Source: a bacterium
Lineage (GTDB): Bacteria > Actinomycetota > Acidimicrobiia > Acidimicrobiales > Bin134
Length of the DNA stretch: 52,116 nucleotides
Assembly (NCBI GenBank): GCA_026709815.1
Contig: JAPOSH010000196.1
Coordinates: forward strand, 1 to 52,116
Direction of reading: 5' to 3'
In this document: one piece after another, positions 35,784-44,175 of the stretch
Numbering within the stretch: position 1 is the first letter of the stretch
Layout: every line of letters begins with the position of its first letter
Notes under the pieces: generated by a model
What the model saw: the letters and a program-made list of their open reading frames with translations, nothing else
Told to the model about the DNA's origin: nothing
The model's database searches: none
Program-made: the position numbers and the translations under genes

Positions 35784-36695
35784 ATGGCTTTTGCCGCCGA
35801 CACCGACATCTGGCGGTACCAGCCCCACGCAGAGGTGTGGGTCATATTGGCAGCCGCTGTCGCCATGGCTTGGTACACCGCCCGGGTCATCGCTCCCAAA
35901 GCTGCGCCCGGCGGACGGGCTCCGTTCGCCCGCCGCCACAAGCTGGCCTTCATCGGGGCGATGGCGGCGTTATGGGTGGCCAGCGACTGGCCGATGCACG
36001 ACATCTCCGAGGAGTACCTGTACTCGGTTCACATGATCCAGCACCTGCTCATCACCTTTGTGGTGCCCCCGCTGCTGTGGGCGGCGATTCCCGAGTGGCT
36101 GGCTCGGCTGATGTTCAGCGACGACGGCAGTGTGGGCGTGTGGGTGCGCCGGCTGGCTCGGCCGGTGGCGGCCGGGTTGGCGTTCAACTTCATGGTGGCG
36201 GTGAGCCACATCCCCTGGGTGGTCAACACCTCGGTGGAAAACGGCGCCCTGCACTACTTCGTGCATCTGCTGCTGGTGGCCTCGGCCATGGCGATGTGGC
36301 TGCCGGTGTGCGGCCCGGTTCCCGAGCTGCGCATGGGCGCTCCCGGCAAGATGGTCTACCTGTTCTTGATGTCGGTGGTGCCCACCGTGCCCGGCGGGTT
36401 CTTGACCTTCGCTCAGGGCGCGGTGTACAGCGCCTATGACCACCAGGTGCGGCTGTGGGGCATCGGCGTGCAGGCCGATCAGCAGGCCGCCGGGCTCATC
36501 ATGAAGCTGGTGGGCGGCATGTATCTCTGGGCGTGGATCGGAGTGCTGTTCTTCCGCTGGTCTGGCGCCCAACAGCAGGCCAACACCCGGATGCGGGTCG
36601 TGACCGCCGCGGCGCAGGGGCCAGCGGCCTCCGATGCCCGAGTGCTGGCCCCGTCTCAGTCCAACGGCGCTGGCTCGTCCAACGGATCGCAATGA
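35784..36695 (+). CDS. ctaG: Cytochrome c oxidase assembly factor CtaG (Caa3_CtaG family)
   Basis: Polytopic protein. WPMHDISEEYLYSVHMIQHLLITFVVPPLL matches the Bacillus-type CtaG family. Confidence 0.8.
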   Translation: MAFAADTDIWRYQPHAEVWVILAAAVAMAWYTARVIAPKAAPGGRAPFARRHKLAFIGAMAALWVASDWPMHDISEEYLYSVHMIQHLLITFVVPPLLWAAIPEWLARLMFSDDGSVGVWVRRLARPVAAGLAFNFMVAVSHIPWVVNTSVENGALHYFVHLLLVASAMAMWLPVCGPVPELRMGAPGKMVYLFLMSVVPTVPGGFLTFAQGAVYSAYDHQVRLWGIGVQADQQAAGLIMKLVGGMYLWAWIGVLFFRWSGAQQQANTRMRVVTAAAQGPAASDARVLAPSQSNGAGSSNGSQ

Positions 36696-37966
36696 TCGAT
36701 CTGCGCCTGGTGCGCAACGACTACGGCGCGGTGCGGGCTTCGTTGGCCCGCCGGGGGATCGACCTGTCCGAGCTGGAGCAGGTGGCCGCTCTCGACGAGC
36801 GCCACCGCAGCCTCATCACTGAGCGGGACTCCATGCGCCATGAGATCAAGGAGCTGTCTCAGCAGGTCGGCCGGCTGAAACGCGACGGCCGCCACGACGA
36901 GGCCGATGCGGTGGCCGCTGAGAGCCGGATGCGGGGTGAGCGGGAAAAGGCTTTGGCTGCTGAGGCTGATGCGGTGGCCGCTGAGGTCCGCGACCTGCTG
37001 CTGCGCATTCCCAACCTGCCCGCCGCCGACACCCCCGACGGTGTCGATGAGAGCGACAACCCGGTGCTGTGGGTGGAGAACTTCGACCCCGACGGCTACG
37101 GCGAGCACCAGCGGGTGCCTCACTGGGAGTTCGCGGTGGAGGCCGGCTGGTTGGACATGGAGCGGGCGGCCAAGCTGTCGGGGTCGATGTTCGCCATGCT
37201 CCGGGGCCCGGGGGCATCATTGGCCCGGGCGCTGGTCCAGTACGGTCTCGACCGCAACGCCGACCGCTACGAGGAGATCCGCCCGCCCACCCTGGTCCAC
37301 AGCGAGGTCATGGTGAGCACCGGCCAGCTCCCCAAGTTCGCCGACGACGCCTACTGGTTGGAGCGAGACGACCTGTGGGCCATCCCCACCGCCGAAGTGC
37401 CGCTCACCTCGCTGGCCTCCGGGGAGATCCTCGACGAGGCCGATCTGCCGATCAGGATGATGGCCCACACCCCCTGCTATCGCCGGGAGGCGGGCGCGGC
37501 AGGGCGCGACACCCGGGGCCTGCTGCGGGTTCACGAGTTCGACAAGGTGGAGATCTTGGCCTACGCCGCTCCTGAACAGGCGCCGGCGGTTCACGCCGAG
37601 ATTCTGGAGCGGGCCACCGCTGCCGTGGCCGATCTGGGCCTGGCCCATCGGATCGTGGACATCTGCGCCGGCGATCTGGGCCAGGCCCATCACCGGTCGT
37701 GGGATGTGGAGGTGTACGCCCCTGGCGCCGGCCAGTGGCTGGAGGTTTCGTCGTGCTCTTGGTACTCCGACTACCAGGCCCGGCGGGCCGGCTTGCGCTA
37801 CCGGCCCACCGGGGAGAAGGGCACCCGCGTCCTCCACACCCTCAACGGCTCGGCGTTGGCCGTTCCCCGGGTGTGGGCCGCCCTGGTGGAGACCCACCGC
37901 CGGCCCGACGGCGCCGTGGCCGTCCCCGAAGCCCTGCGCCCCTACCTCGGCCGCGACGTCCTCTAA
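36692..37966 (+). CDS. serS: Seryl-tRNA synthetase
   Basis: MIDLRLVRN..., an N-terminal coiled coil, and class II motifs (TAEVPL, FRVHEFDKVE, SSCSWYSDYQARR, TLNGSALAVPR). The ATG at 36692 overlaps the ctaG stop as ATGA. Confidence 0.95.
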   Translation: MIDLRLVRNDYGAVRASLARRGIDLSELEQVAALDERHRSLITERDSMRHEIKELSQQVGRLKRDGRHDEADAVAAESRMRGEREKALAAEADAVAAEVRDLLLRIPNLPAADTPDGVDESDNPVLWVENFDPDGYGEHQRVPHWEFAVEAGWLDMERAAKLSGSMFAMLRGPGASLARALVQYGLDRNADRYEEIRPPTLVHSEVMVSTGQLPKFADDAYWLERDDLWAIPTAEVPLTSLASGEILDEADLPIRMMAHTPCYRREAGAAGRDTRGLLRVHEFDKVEILAYAAPEQAPAVHAEILERATAAVADLGLAHRIVDICAGDLGQAHHRSWDVEVYAPGAGQWLEVSSCSWYSDYQARRAGLRYRPTGEKGTRVLHTLNGSALAVPRVWAALVETHRRPDGAVAVPEALRPYLGRDVL

Positions 37967-37982
37967 CACCACTAGTGCCCAG

Positions 37983-39134
37983 TCAGGTCAGCTCGCCTTG
38001 CCAGAGCCGCTGGGCGAAGTCGGCGGCGGGCAGGATGTCGATGCCGTCATCGGTGCGGCGGGGGCGGGGTTCGAGGCATACCGCCATTCGGCGGACGCCG
38101 GGATGCTCTTCGGCCAGAGTGCGGAGGCCTTTGAGGTGCCTGCGGGTGATGCTGGAGGTTGCCTTCGCCTCGAAGGCCAGGCGCATGTCGCCGATCACGA
38201 AGTCGACCTCGATGCCGCTGGGGAGCCGCCAGTAGGTGAGCTGCTCGTCGAGGTCGCGGTAGGAGACGAATGCGGAGAGCTCATGGAACACCCAGTTCTC
38301 GAACGCCTTGCCGTACCGGTCCGAGCCGCGTTCGACCTCGCCTCGGCGGGCCAGACGGTTCACCACGCCCACGTCCTCGAAATAGAGCTTCGGCGCCCCG
38401 GCGAGGCGGCGCTTGGCTCGCCGTTGCCAGCGCGGGAGCCATCGGGCCAGCAGCGTGTCGGTGAGGATGCCGAAATACGCCTTGGCGGTGGGGCCCGACA
38501 CGCCGCACTCGCGGGCGATGTTCGAGTAGTTGACGGGGTCGCCGTCGCTCAGGGCGGCCGCGTCGAGGAAGCCCGAGAAAGCAGGCAGGTTTCGCACGAG
38601 GCCCTCGGCGGCTACCTCCTCGCGCAAATAGTCGGAGATGTAGGCGTCGAGCAGCGGCCGGGGCCTTGCCGACTCGTAGACTCTGGGCAGGTAGCCGTGG
38701 TTGAGCGCCCGGTCGAGGTCGAAGGCGTCCCCTATCTCCCCTGCAGTCAAGCCCCTCATCTCGTAACGGACAGCACGCCCGCCGAGCAGGTTTGCCGCCC
38801 CCCGGCGCACTTTTCTCGCGCTCGACCCGCAAAGCGCAAAGCTCAATCTTCGGTTCTCCATCAACCAGTGCACTTCGTCGAGCAGTGCGGGAACCTTCTG
38901 GATCTCGTCGATGACCACCTGCTGAGAGGGATCGGGTCCCGATGCCTCCAGCTCCTCCCGCAGCAACTCAGGACGGGCCATATAGCGGCGAAACTCATCT
39001 GCTTTCAGGAGATCGACCCACACGCCGTCGGGATAGAGCTGCTGGAGCAGGGTGCTCTTGCCTGTTTGCCGCGGCCCCCACAGGAAAAAGGTCTCAACTC
39101 CTGGCTTGGGCAGCGACAGCAATCTTTGAAACAT
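37983..39134 (-). CDS. AAA-family ATPase with DUF4143 C-terminal domain
   Basis: Walker A GPRQTGKST and Walker B VVIDEIQKVP (AAA_14-like), followed by a DUF4143-like C-terminal region (YFEDVGV...WRLPSGIEVDFV). Confidence 0.8.
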   Translation of the reverse strand: MFQRLLSLPKPGVETFFLWGPRQTGKSTLLQQLYPDGVWVDLLKADEFRRYMARPELLREELEASGPDPSQQVVIDEIQKVPALLDEVHWLMENRRLSFALCGSSARKVRRGAANLLGGRAVRYEMRGLTAGEIGDAFDLDRALNHGYLPRVYESARPRPLLDAYISDYLREEVAAEGLVRNLPAFSGFLDAAALSDGDPVNYSNIARECGVSGPTAKAYFGILTDTLLARWLPRWQRRAKRRLAGAPKLYFEDVGVVNRLARRGEVERGSDRYGKAFENWVFHELSAFVSYRDLDEQLTYWRLPSGIEVDFVIGDMRLAFEAKATSSITRRHLKGLRTLAEEHPGVRRMAVCLEPRPRRTDDGIDILPAADFAQRLWQGELT

Positions 39135-39202
39135 CTACTTTAAAATATCATGATAATCAAAAGCAATGCTTTGTTTTCTCTGGCCTTATAGCCTGAGTGC
39201 TC
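39135..39202 (-). promoter_or_regulatory. AT-rich intergenic patch with two palindromes upstream of the DUF4143 ATPase gene
   Basis: Sharp local AT-richness in an otherwise GC-rich window. There is a perfect 10-bp palindrome TATCATGATA at 39146-39155 and AAAGCAaTGCTTT at 39160-39172. Confidence 0.4.
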
Positions 39203-40312
39203 TTATAACCCGAGTGCGCTGCCGCTGCGGGGCCGAAAGCGAATCCACAGCACGATGCCTGCGATCACCGCAGCCAGCGCCTCCCAGAGCACCGGCCACC
39301 GACCGGGCTCGGTGAACCAGTTGCCCATCCGCTCGGGGATATCGGCGATGGTCCGAAGAACAGGCAGCATCAGCAAGTCGCCCCGGTATTGGACTGCCTC
39401 TGACAAGGCGTATCCCACCGCAACCACCAGCGCGGCCGCCATCAGCCAGGGCCGGGGGATGCTGCGGCGGAACGACCACACCAGCGCGGCCAGCACCACG
39501 ATGGCCACAGCCAGGCCGAAGCGGTTGCCGCCCACGTCGATGATCCAGTTCTCCAATCGGGCCGACACTCGGGTGGAGGCCTCCACGAACGGGTTGGTGG
39601 CTTCGAAGTCGTTGCGCAAAAGGACTTGGACCTCCCACCAGCCGTAGAACCCCAGCACCACACCGGCCACCACCAGGAAACCGCCCGAGATCTTGTTGAT
39701 GTGGGGCAGCAGGCGGCGCATGTGGGTGGTGACCCCTGAGCGTCCCATGGCCACGGCGAGAGTCAAGAAGGTGATAACCAGCCCCATCCCCAGGGCGTAG
39801 GCCAAAAACCGCACCGTTCCCTCCCACACCCCGTCGGTGCTGAACGAGCCGCTCACGCTGCCGAAGAACACCGGGCTGGCGCATCCCAGCGACACCACTG
39901 CGTAAGACACTCCGAACAGGAACATGGAGACGAGGCCCTGGCTGTCGCCTCCCTTGGATAGCCGGGGCACGGAGATCTTGGGCTCGAAGCCGGCCAGCAT
40001 GGCGATTCCTAGCACCACCATGAGCCCGCTGATCGCCAGCGTGATCCATGGGCCTCGTTCGGCGATGGTGGAGGTGGAGATGAGCGACGAGGTGAGCGCG
40101 CCGATGATGCCGAAAAAGGCCACGAATCCAGCAGTGAGGGTGAGTCCGACCAGCAACCCGCGGAGGATGTTTCGCCCGGCATCGCCGGTCTGATCCGTGC
40201 CGCCGATACCCAGGAAATAAGCCAGGTAGGCCGGGAGCATGGCAAAGCCGCACGGGTTTACAGCCGCGACCAGGCCGGCGCCGAATGGAACGGCGAGATC
40301 AAGGTCGAACAC
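39203..40312 (-). CDS. ccdA: Cytochrome c biogenesis protein CcdA (DsbD-family thiol-disulfide transporter) with a C-terminal membrane extension
   Basis: GLVAAVNPCGFAMLPAYL and a second conserved Cys region (VVSLGCASPVF). 369 aa, longer than I would expect for a typical CcdA. Confidence 0.8.
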   Translation of the reverse strand: MFDLDLAVPFGAGLVAAVNPCGFAMLPAYLAYFLGIGGTDQTGDAGRNILRGLLVGLTLTAGFVAFFGIIGALTSSLISTSTIAERGPWITLAISGLMVVLGIAMLAGFEPKISVPRLSKGGDSQGLVSMFLFGVSYAVVSLGCASPVFFGSVSGSFSTDGVWEGTVRFLAYALGMGLVITFLTLAVAMGRSGVTTHMRRLLPHINKISGGFLVVAGVVLGFYGWWEVQVLLRNDFEATNPFVEASTRVSARLENWIIDVGGNRFGLAVAIVVLAALVWSFRRSIPRPWLMAAALVVAVGYALSEAVQYRGDLLMLPVLRTIADIPERMGNWFTEPGRWPVLWEALAAVIAGIVLWIRFRPRSGSALGL

Positions 40313-40322
40313 GACTCGAAGG

Positions 40323-40847
40323 TTACGAGATCAGATACGCGTCTATGTGCTCAGTGATCTGACGGGCGGTCAGGCCGCCGGTATGGCGGTAGACGATTTC
40401 CCCGTCGGGGGCGAGGAACAGCGTGGTGGGCATGCCCACAATCTTGTAGGCATTCCCGATGCCAGAGCCGGGATCCACTCCGGTGGCATAGGTCACCTCG
40501 GTCTCGGCCACGATCTGCTGGGCTCTGGCGGGGGTGTCGTTGACGGCGAGGCCGACGACGGCGACGTCGGGGCGCTGTTGGTGGATTGACTCCAGTGCGG
40601 GCATCTCGGCCCGGCACGGTGTACACCACGAGGCGAAGAAGTTGAGCACGACGGGCCGGTCGAGGAAAGCGCCCACCGTGGTTGTGCCGCCGTCCAGCAA
40701 TGCAAATTCGATGTCGATGGCTGAGACGTCGTCGCCGGCGCCCGATCCGCAGGCGCCGGCGACGATCAGCGCCGCCGCGGCCACCAGCGCCGCCGCCCGG
40801 CGCCGCCGCCCGGCCCGCGGGCCGTCAGGCCGAGCGGAGACGCTCAC
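40323..40847 (-). CDS. TlpA/ResA-family thioredoxin-like thiol:disulfide oxidoreductase (lipoprotein)
   Basis: Signal plus lipobox RRRRAAALVAAAALIVAGAC, and redox motif FFASWCTPCRAEMP. Confidence 0.85.
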   Translation of the reverse strand: MSVSARPDGPRAGRRRRAAALVAAAALIVAGACGSGAGDDVSAIDIEFALLDGGTTTVGAFLDRPVVLNFFASWCTPCRAEMPALESIHQQRPDVAVVGLAVNDTPARAQQIVAETEVTYATGVDPGSGIGNAYKIVGMPTTLFLAPDGEIVYRHTGGLTARQITEHIDAYLIS

Positions 40848-41163
40848 GCAGGTGTACGGGCACCGGTACCTGAAGGAACTCGTCCTCAGGGCGGGGCACT
40901 TTGGCCGGACGACCCCGGCGCCGCTTGCTGGTCAGCACTTTGCCGTTGCGAAACAGCTGGCCGCCCCACACTCCCCACGGCTCGCGGCGGGCAATGGCGC
41001 CTTCGAGGCACTCGGCCATGACCGGGCACTCAGCGCAGATGGCCTTGGCCTGAGAGATGTGCTGGAGCTCGTCGGAGAAGAAGATCTCCCCTAGCGAGGC
41101 GTCGATGGTGCGGCACGCCGCATCGAAGCGCCACGGTGCGTTCTCAAAGAGCAGCGCCTCCAT
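40825..41163 (-). CDS. whiB7: WhiB-family Fe-S transcription factor, WhiB7-like (C-terminal AT-hook)
   Basis: Four Cys (C-x25-C-x2-C-x5-C), REPWGVWGGQLF, then KRRRGRPAK. This closely matches the M. tuberculosis WhiB7 pattern AEPWGVWGGEIF...KRPRGRPRK. Confidence 0.8.
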   Translation of the reverse strand: MEALLFENAPWRFDAACRTIDASLGEIFFSDELQHISQAKAICAECPVMAECLEGAIARREPWGVWGGQLFRNGKVLTSKRRRGRPAKVPRPEDEFLQVPVPVHLRERLRSA

Positions 41164-41240
41164 GTTTCTCTCCTTTCAGGGGTCTTCGGTTGGATGCTTC
41201 CCATGGTTTGTCGGCCATGGTCTGTCAGATGGTGGTTGCA

Positions 41241-41273
41241 AACTGAAAAGGCCGCCGGATTTTTCCGGCGGCC
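41241..41273 (-). terminator. Intrinsic-terminator-like hairpin in the leader of the whiB7-like gene
   Basis: The minus strand reads GGCCGCCGGA-AAAA-TCCGGCGGCC followed by TTTTCAGTTT. The 10-bp GC stem spans 41250-41273, about 80 nt upstream of the whiB ATG and about 240 nt downstream of the MBL gene stop. Confidence 0.65.
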
Positions 41274-41514
41274 TCGGTAGGTATTGATCCTTGTAGTCGA
41301 TCTACGTGGACCCTCCCCGAGGCCTGGTGCCGGCGGTCTTCTGGCCGAACACGCACGATGTGTGGTCGGCTGGCCAAGAGCCGTCGGCCATGCCGGCCAT
41401 AGCTACGCGCGCGCCACGGCCTGACAAGCCGATGGCGAGAGAACCTCTGGCGAACATGTCCACTACTCAACAGCCTATCGAAGGCGATGTCAACTTGTTT
41501 GGCCGGCCAATTGC

Positions 41515-42591
41515 CTAGAATCCGGGTTTCAGCTCAAAGGTTGCCAGCCCGTCGGGGGTGACGTCTTGGCGGGCTTCGCCGATCAGCTTGAGATGCACAA
41601 GGTGGGCAAAGGTCTCGCTGGCGGCCATGTTGCCCCAGGCTCGCTCGCTGAACAGCACCCGCATGTACTCCTCCACCGTGGCGCAGCCCAGCTCGTGGCC
41701 GGCCTGGCGCAGGACGTTCAAACGCTCGTGGTGGTGGTTGCAGATATCGACGGCGCGGCCCCCGAGGTCGGAGAAAGGGTGTCCATGGGCGGGCAGGGCG
41801 ATGGTCGTCCCTTCCAGAGCCCACATCCGCTCAAGGGAATCGAAGAACTCGGCCAGCGAGTCATCGGTGTCGTTGTGGCCCGCGATGTGGGGGGTGATGG
41901 TGGGCAGCACATGATCGCCGGACAGCACTGCCCCGTGCTCGGGGTCGTAGAGGCACAGGTGATCGCCGGTGTGGCCGGGGGTGTGGAGCGCCACCCATTC
42001 CCGGCGGGCGAATCGGACGATCTGGCTGTCGACCACCTTGACCGTCGGCTCGGGGGTCTGAAACCAGCGGGCCTGGAATCTATCCCTGGTCCGGAACCGC
42101 TCGATGTGCTCTCGGCTCGGCGGGGTCCGCTCCGTGCCCCACGGAGTGAGTCGGCGGAAGCTGTTCTCGATCCGCTCCAAGATCTCGTCCTCGGAGGCGT
42201 TGGCCTCGGCGTCGTGGCTTTCCGCGGCCTCGCGGCGCTCCCAAACCGGGCGGAAGCTCTCATGGGTCAAAATGTCGGCGCCGGTCTCTTCTCGAAGCCG
42301 CTCGGCGCCGCCGAAGTGGTCGAAGTGGGAGTGGGTGATGATGGCGGTGTGTACGTGGCCCACCTTGTAGCCCGCTCGGCCCAGCCGGTCCACCAGGGCG
42401 TCCCAGGAGTCGGGGCCGGGCAGGCCGGGGTCCACCACGGCGATCCCCCGCTCGTCTTCCATCACATAACAGTTCACATGGCCCAGCCCGGGCAGGTTCA
42501 CTGGCAGCATGGTGCGAAGCACCCCGGGCGCCACCTCGGTTATTTCAGCCGTGGCTTGCTCTTGCTCCTGTTTGCGGGGACGCTCGCTCAT
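41515..42591 (-). CDS. MBL-fold metallo-hydrolase
   Basis: The ATG at 42591 overlaps the orn stop as ATGA. HxHxDH motif ITHSHFDHFGG. 358 aa. Confidence 0.85.
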   Translation of the reverse strand: MSERPRKQEQEQATAEITEVAPGVLRTMLPVNLPGLGHVNCYVMEDERGIAVVDPGLPGPDSWDALVDRLGRAGYKVGHVHTAIITHSHFDHFGGAERLREETGADILTHESFRPVWERREAAESHDAEANASEDEILERIENSFRRLTPWGTERTPPSREHIERFRTRDRFQARWFQTPEPTVKVVDSQIVRFARREWVALHTPGHTGDHLCLYDPEHGAVLSGDHVLPTITPHIAGHNDTDDSLAEFFDSLERMWALEGTTIALPAHGHPFSDLGGRAVDICNHHHERLNVLRQAGHELGCATVEEYMRVLFSERAWGNMAASETFAHLVHLKLIGEARQDVTPDGLATFELKPGF

Positions 42592-43163
42592 CGGTCCGGC
42601 TGTGTGGGCGCCACAAGACCTGCGGGGGCGGGAATCGAGAAAAACGTGTCCCGGTAGTGGCGCAACTCGCTCAGGCTCTCCCGGATGTCGTCGAGGGCCC
42701 GATGGCCCTTGGCCTTCTTGGGCGCCTGCTGAAAAGCCGCCGGTTTCCACCTCCGGGCCAGTTCCTTGACGGTGGAGACGTCGATGGAGCGATAATGCAG
42801 GTAGTTCTCCACTTCAGGGAGCTGGGCGGCCAAGAAGCGGCGGTCGACTCCAATGGAGTTGCCGCACAGAGGCACGGTCTGGGGCTTTTGGATGTGCTCT
42901 TGGAGGAACTCCAAGGTCATCTCGCCCGCGGCTTGAAGGCTGAGCGTGGATGCGGCGATCTGCTCCAGCAGCCCGCTTTTGGTGTGCATCTCCACCACGA
43001 CGTCTTCCATGGAGGCCAAGGCTTCGGGCGGGGTGTGAACCACGAGGTCCGGGCCTTCTGCCACCAGTTCCAAGTGGTCATCGGTGATGAGGGTGGCGAT
43101 CTCCACGATCACATCGGTGGCGGGGTCCAATCCCGTCATCTCCAAATCCATCCACGCCAGCAT
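42588..43163 (-). CDS. orn: Oligoribonuclease
   Basis: [10 protein letters not shown]...[12 protein letters not shown]...[12 protein letters not shown]...[11 protein letters not shown] are the DEDDh exonuclease motifs of Orn. Confidence 0.9.
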   Translation of the reverse strand: MLAWMDLEMTGLDPATDVIVEIATLITDDHLELVAEGPDLVVHTPPEALASMEDVVVEMHTKSGLLEQIAASTLSLQAAGEMTLEFLQEHIQKPQTVPLCGNSIGVDRRFLAAQLPEVENYLHYRSIDVSTVKELARRWKPAAFQQAPKKAKGHRALDDIRESLSELRHYRDTFFSIPAPAGLVAPTQPDR

Positions 43164-43264
43164 GCTGGATTGACCATAGAGCCTTCTCGGGGGCGAACCC
43201 GCACCGGCGGGTATCCGGCTCAGACCGCAGGAAACGTCTCTCACCAGCGGGTAGTGTCACCGCG

Positions 43265-43702
43265 GTGCTGGAGATACCCATTGTGCGCAGCCGTCCCGAC
43301 CTGCCGTTTCCCCGCTACGCCACCGAGGGCGATGCCGGAGCGGACCTCGTCGCCAGCGAAGAGGTCGTCTTGGCCCCGGGCGGCGGCCGCGGCCTCGTGC
43401 CCACCGGCACGAGCATCGCCATTCCCGAGGGGTATGCCGGGTTCGTGCAGCCTCGAAGCGGACTGGCGCTGCGCCATGGGGTCACCTGTTTGAACACGCC
43501 GGGGCTTATCGACTCCGGCTATCGGGGGGAGTTGAAAGTGCTGTTGGTGAACACCGATCCGGCTGAGCCTTTCACCGTGCGCCGGGGTGACCGGATCGCC
43601 CAACTCGTGCTGCAAAAGGTGGAGCAGGCGAACTTCTTCGAGGTGGAGGAGCTGCCCTCCACCACTCGGGGCTCGGGAGGGTTCGGCTCAACCGGCGTTT
43701 AG
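43265..43702 (+). CDS. dut: dUTP diphosphatase
   Basis: [11 protein letters not shown]...PRSGLA...[10 protein letters not shown]...RIAQLV...[10 protein letters not shown] are the five dUTPase motifs. GTG start. Confidence 0.93.
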   Translation: MLEIPIVRSRPDLPFPRYATEGDAGADLVASEEVVLAPGGGRGLVPTGTSIAIPEGYAGFVQPRSGLALRHGVTCLNTPGLIDSGYRGELKVLLVNTDPAEPFTVRRGDRIAQLVLQKVEQANFFEVEELPSTTRGSGGFGSTGV

Positions 43703-44070
43703 AGGGGGTTGGCCGACTTCTGGAGCCACAGCCGATGATCGTCGGGGTCGAGCTTCCAGGAGTCCACCAGCGACCCCGCGGCGGTCTCGAACCTGTCTAC
43801 CCGGTCATGGGAGAGGGGCTTGCTCCCCGCCTGTTCGACTCGGGCTTCAATGGCCACGATTCCGGCCTTGCTCTGATAGTCGAACGCCATTGACCCCTCG
43901 GACAGTTCCGGGTCTAGCAACAACAGCACGGTTTCCTTGACGGCTCGGCTGAGGTTGGCGATGTGCTCGGGGGGGAATCCCTGATGGGCGGCGGCGTGTT
44001 CGGCGGCGATCTCTGCCATGCGGCCGAACTCCAGGGTCGCGGGCAGCTTGATCCGCACGTCGCCGTTCAC
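43699..44070 (-). CDS. Hypothetical protein (about 120 aa)
   Basis: High-GC3 coding frame ([25 protein letters not shown]...[10 protein letters not shown]). The start is uncertain: GTG at 44070 or 44058. I do not recognise a secure family. Confidence 0.5.
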   Translation of the reverse strand: MNGDVRIKLPATLEFGRMAEIAAEHAAAHQGFPPEHIANLSRAVKETVLLLLDPELSEGSMAFDYQSKAGIVAIEARVEQAGSKPLSHDRVDRFETAAGSLVDSWKLDPDDHRLWLQKSANPL

Positions 44071-44175
44071 GGCATTCAGCCTGCCACGCGAGCCGGGCCC
44101 ACGCCCCGAGGGTACCAACTCGGGGTCGGCTCGGCCGGGGCAACGCTGCCCGGGCACCGAAGATATCCTGGCTCG

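Noticed and set aside
41225-41470. The 81 aa Arg-rich ORF in the whiB7-like leader.
   Set aside because: It has a TTG start and no SD, its composition is typical of non-coding GC-rich sequence, and it runs through the terminator hairpin. The alternative 51-codon ATG uORF is kept only as a hypothesis in the findings.
41461-41493. A possible promoter for the whiB7-like gene (TTGACA at 41488-41493, minus strand).
   Set aside because: No acceptable -10 hexamer lies at 16-19 nt spacing (TTGAGT and TGAGTA are poor), so it is not called as a feature.
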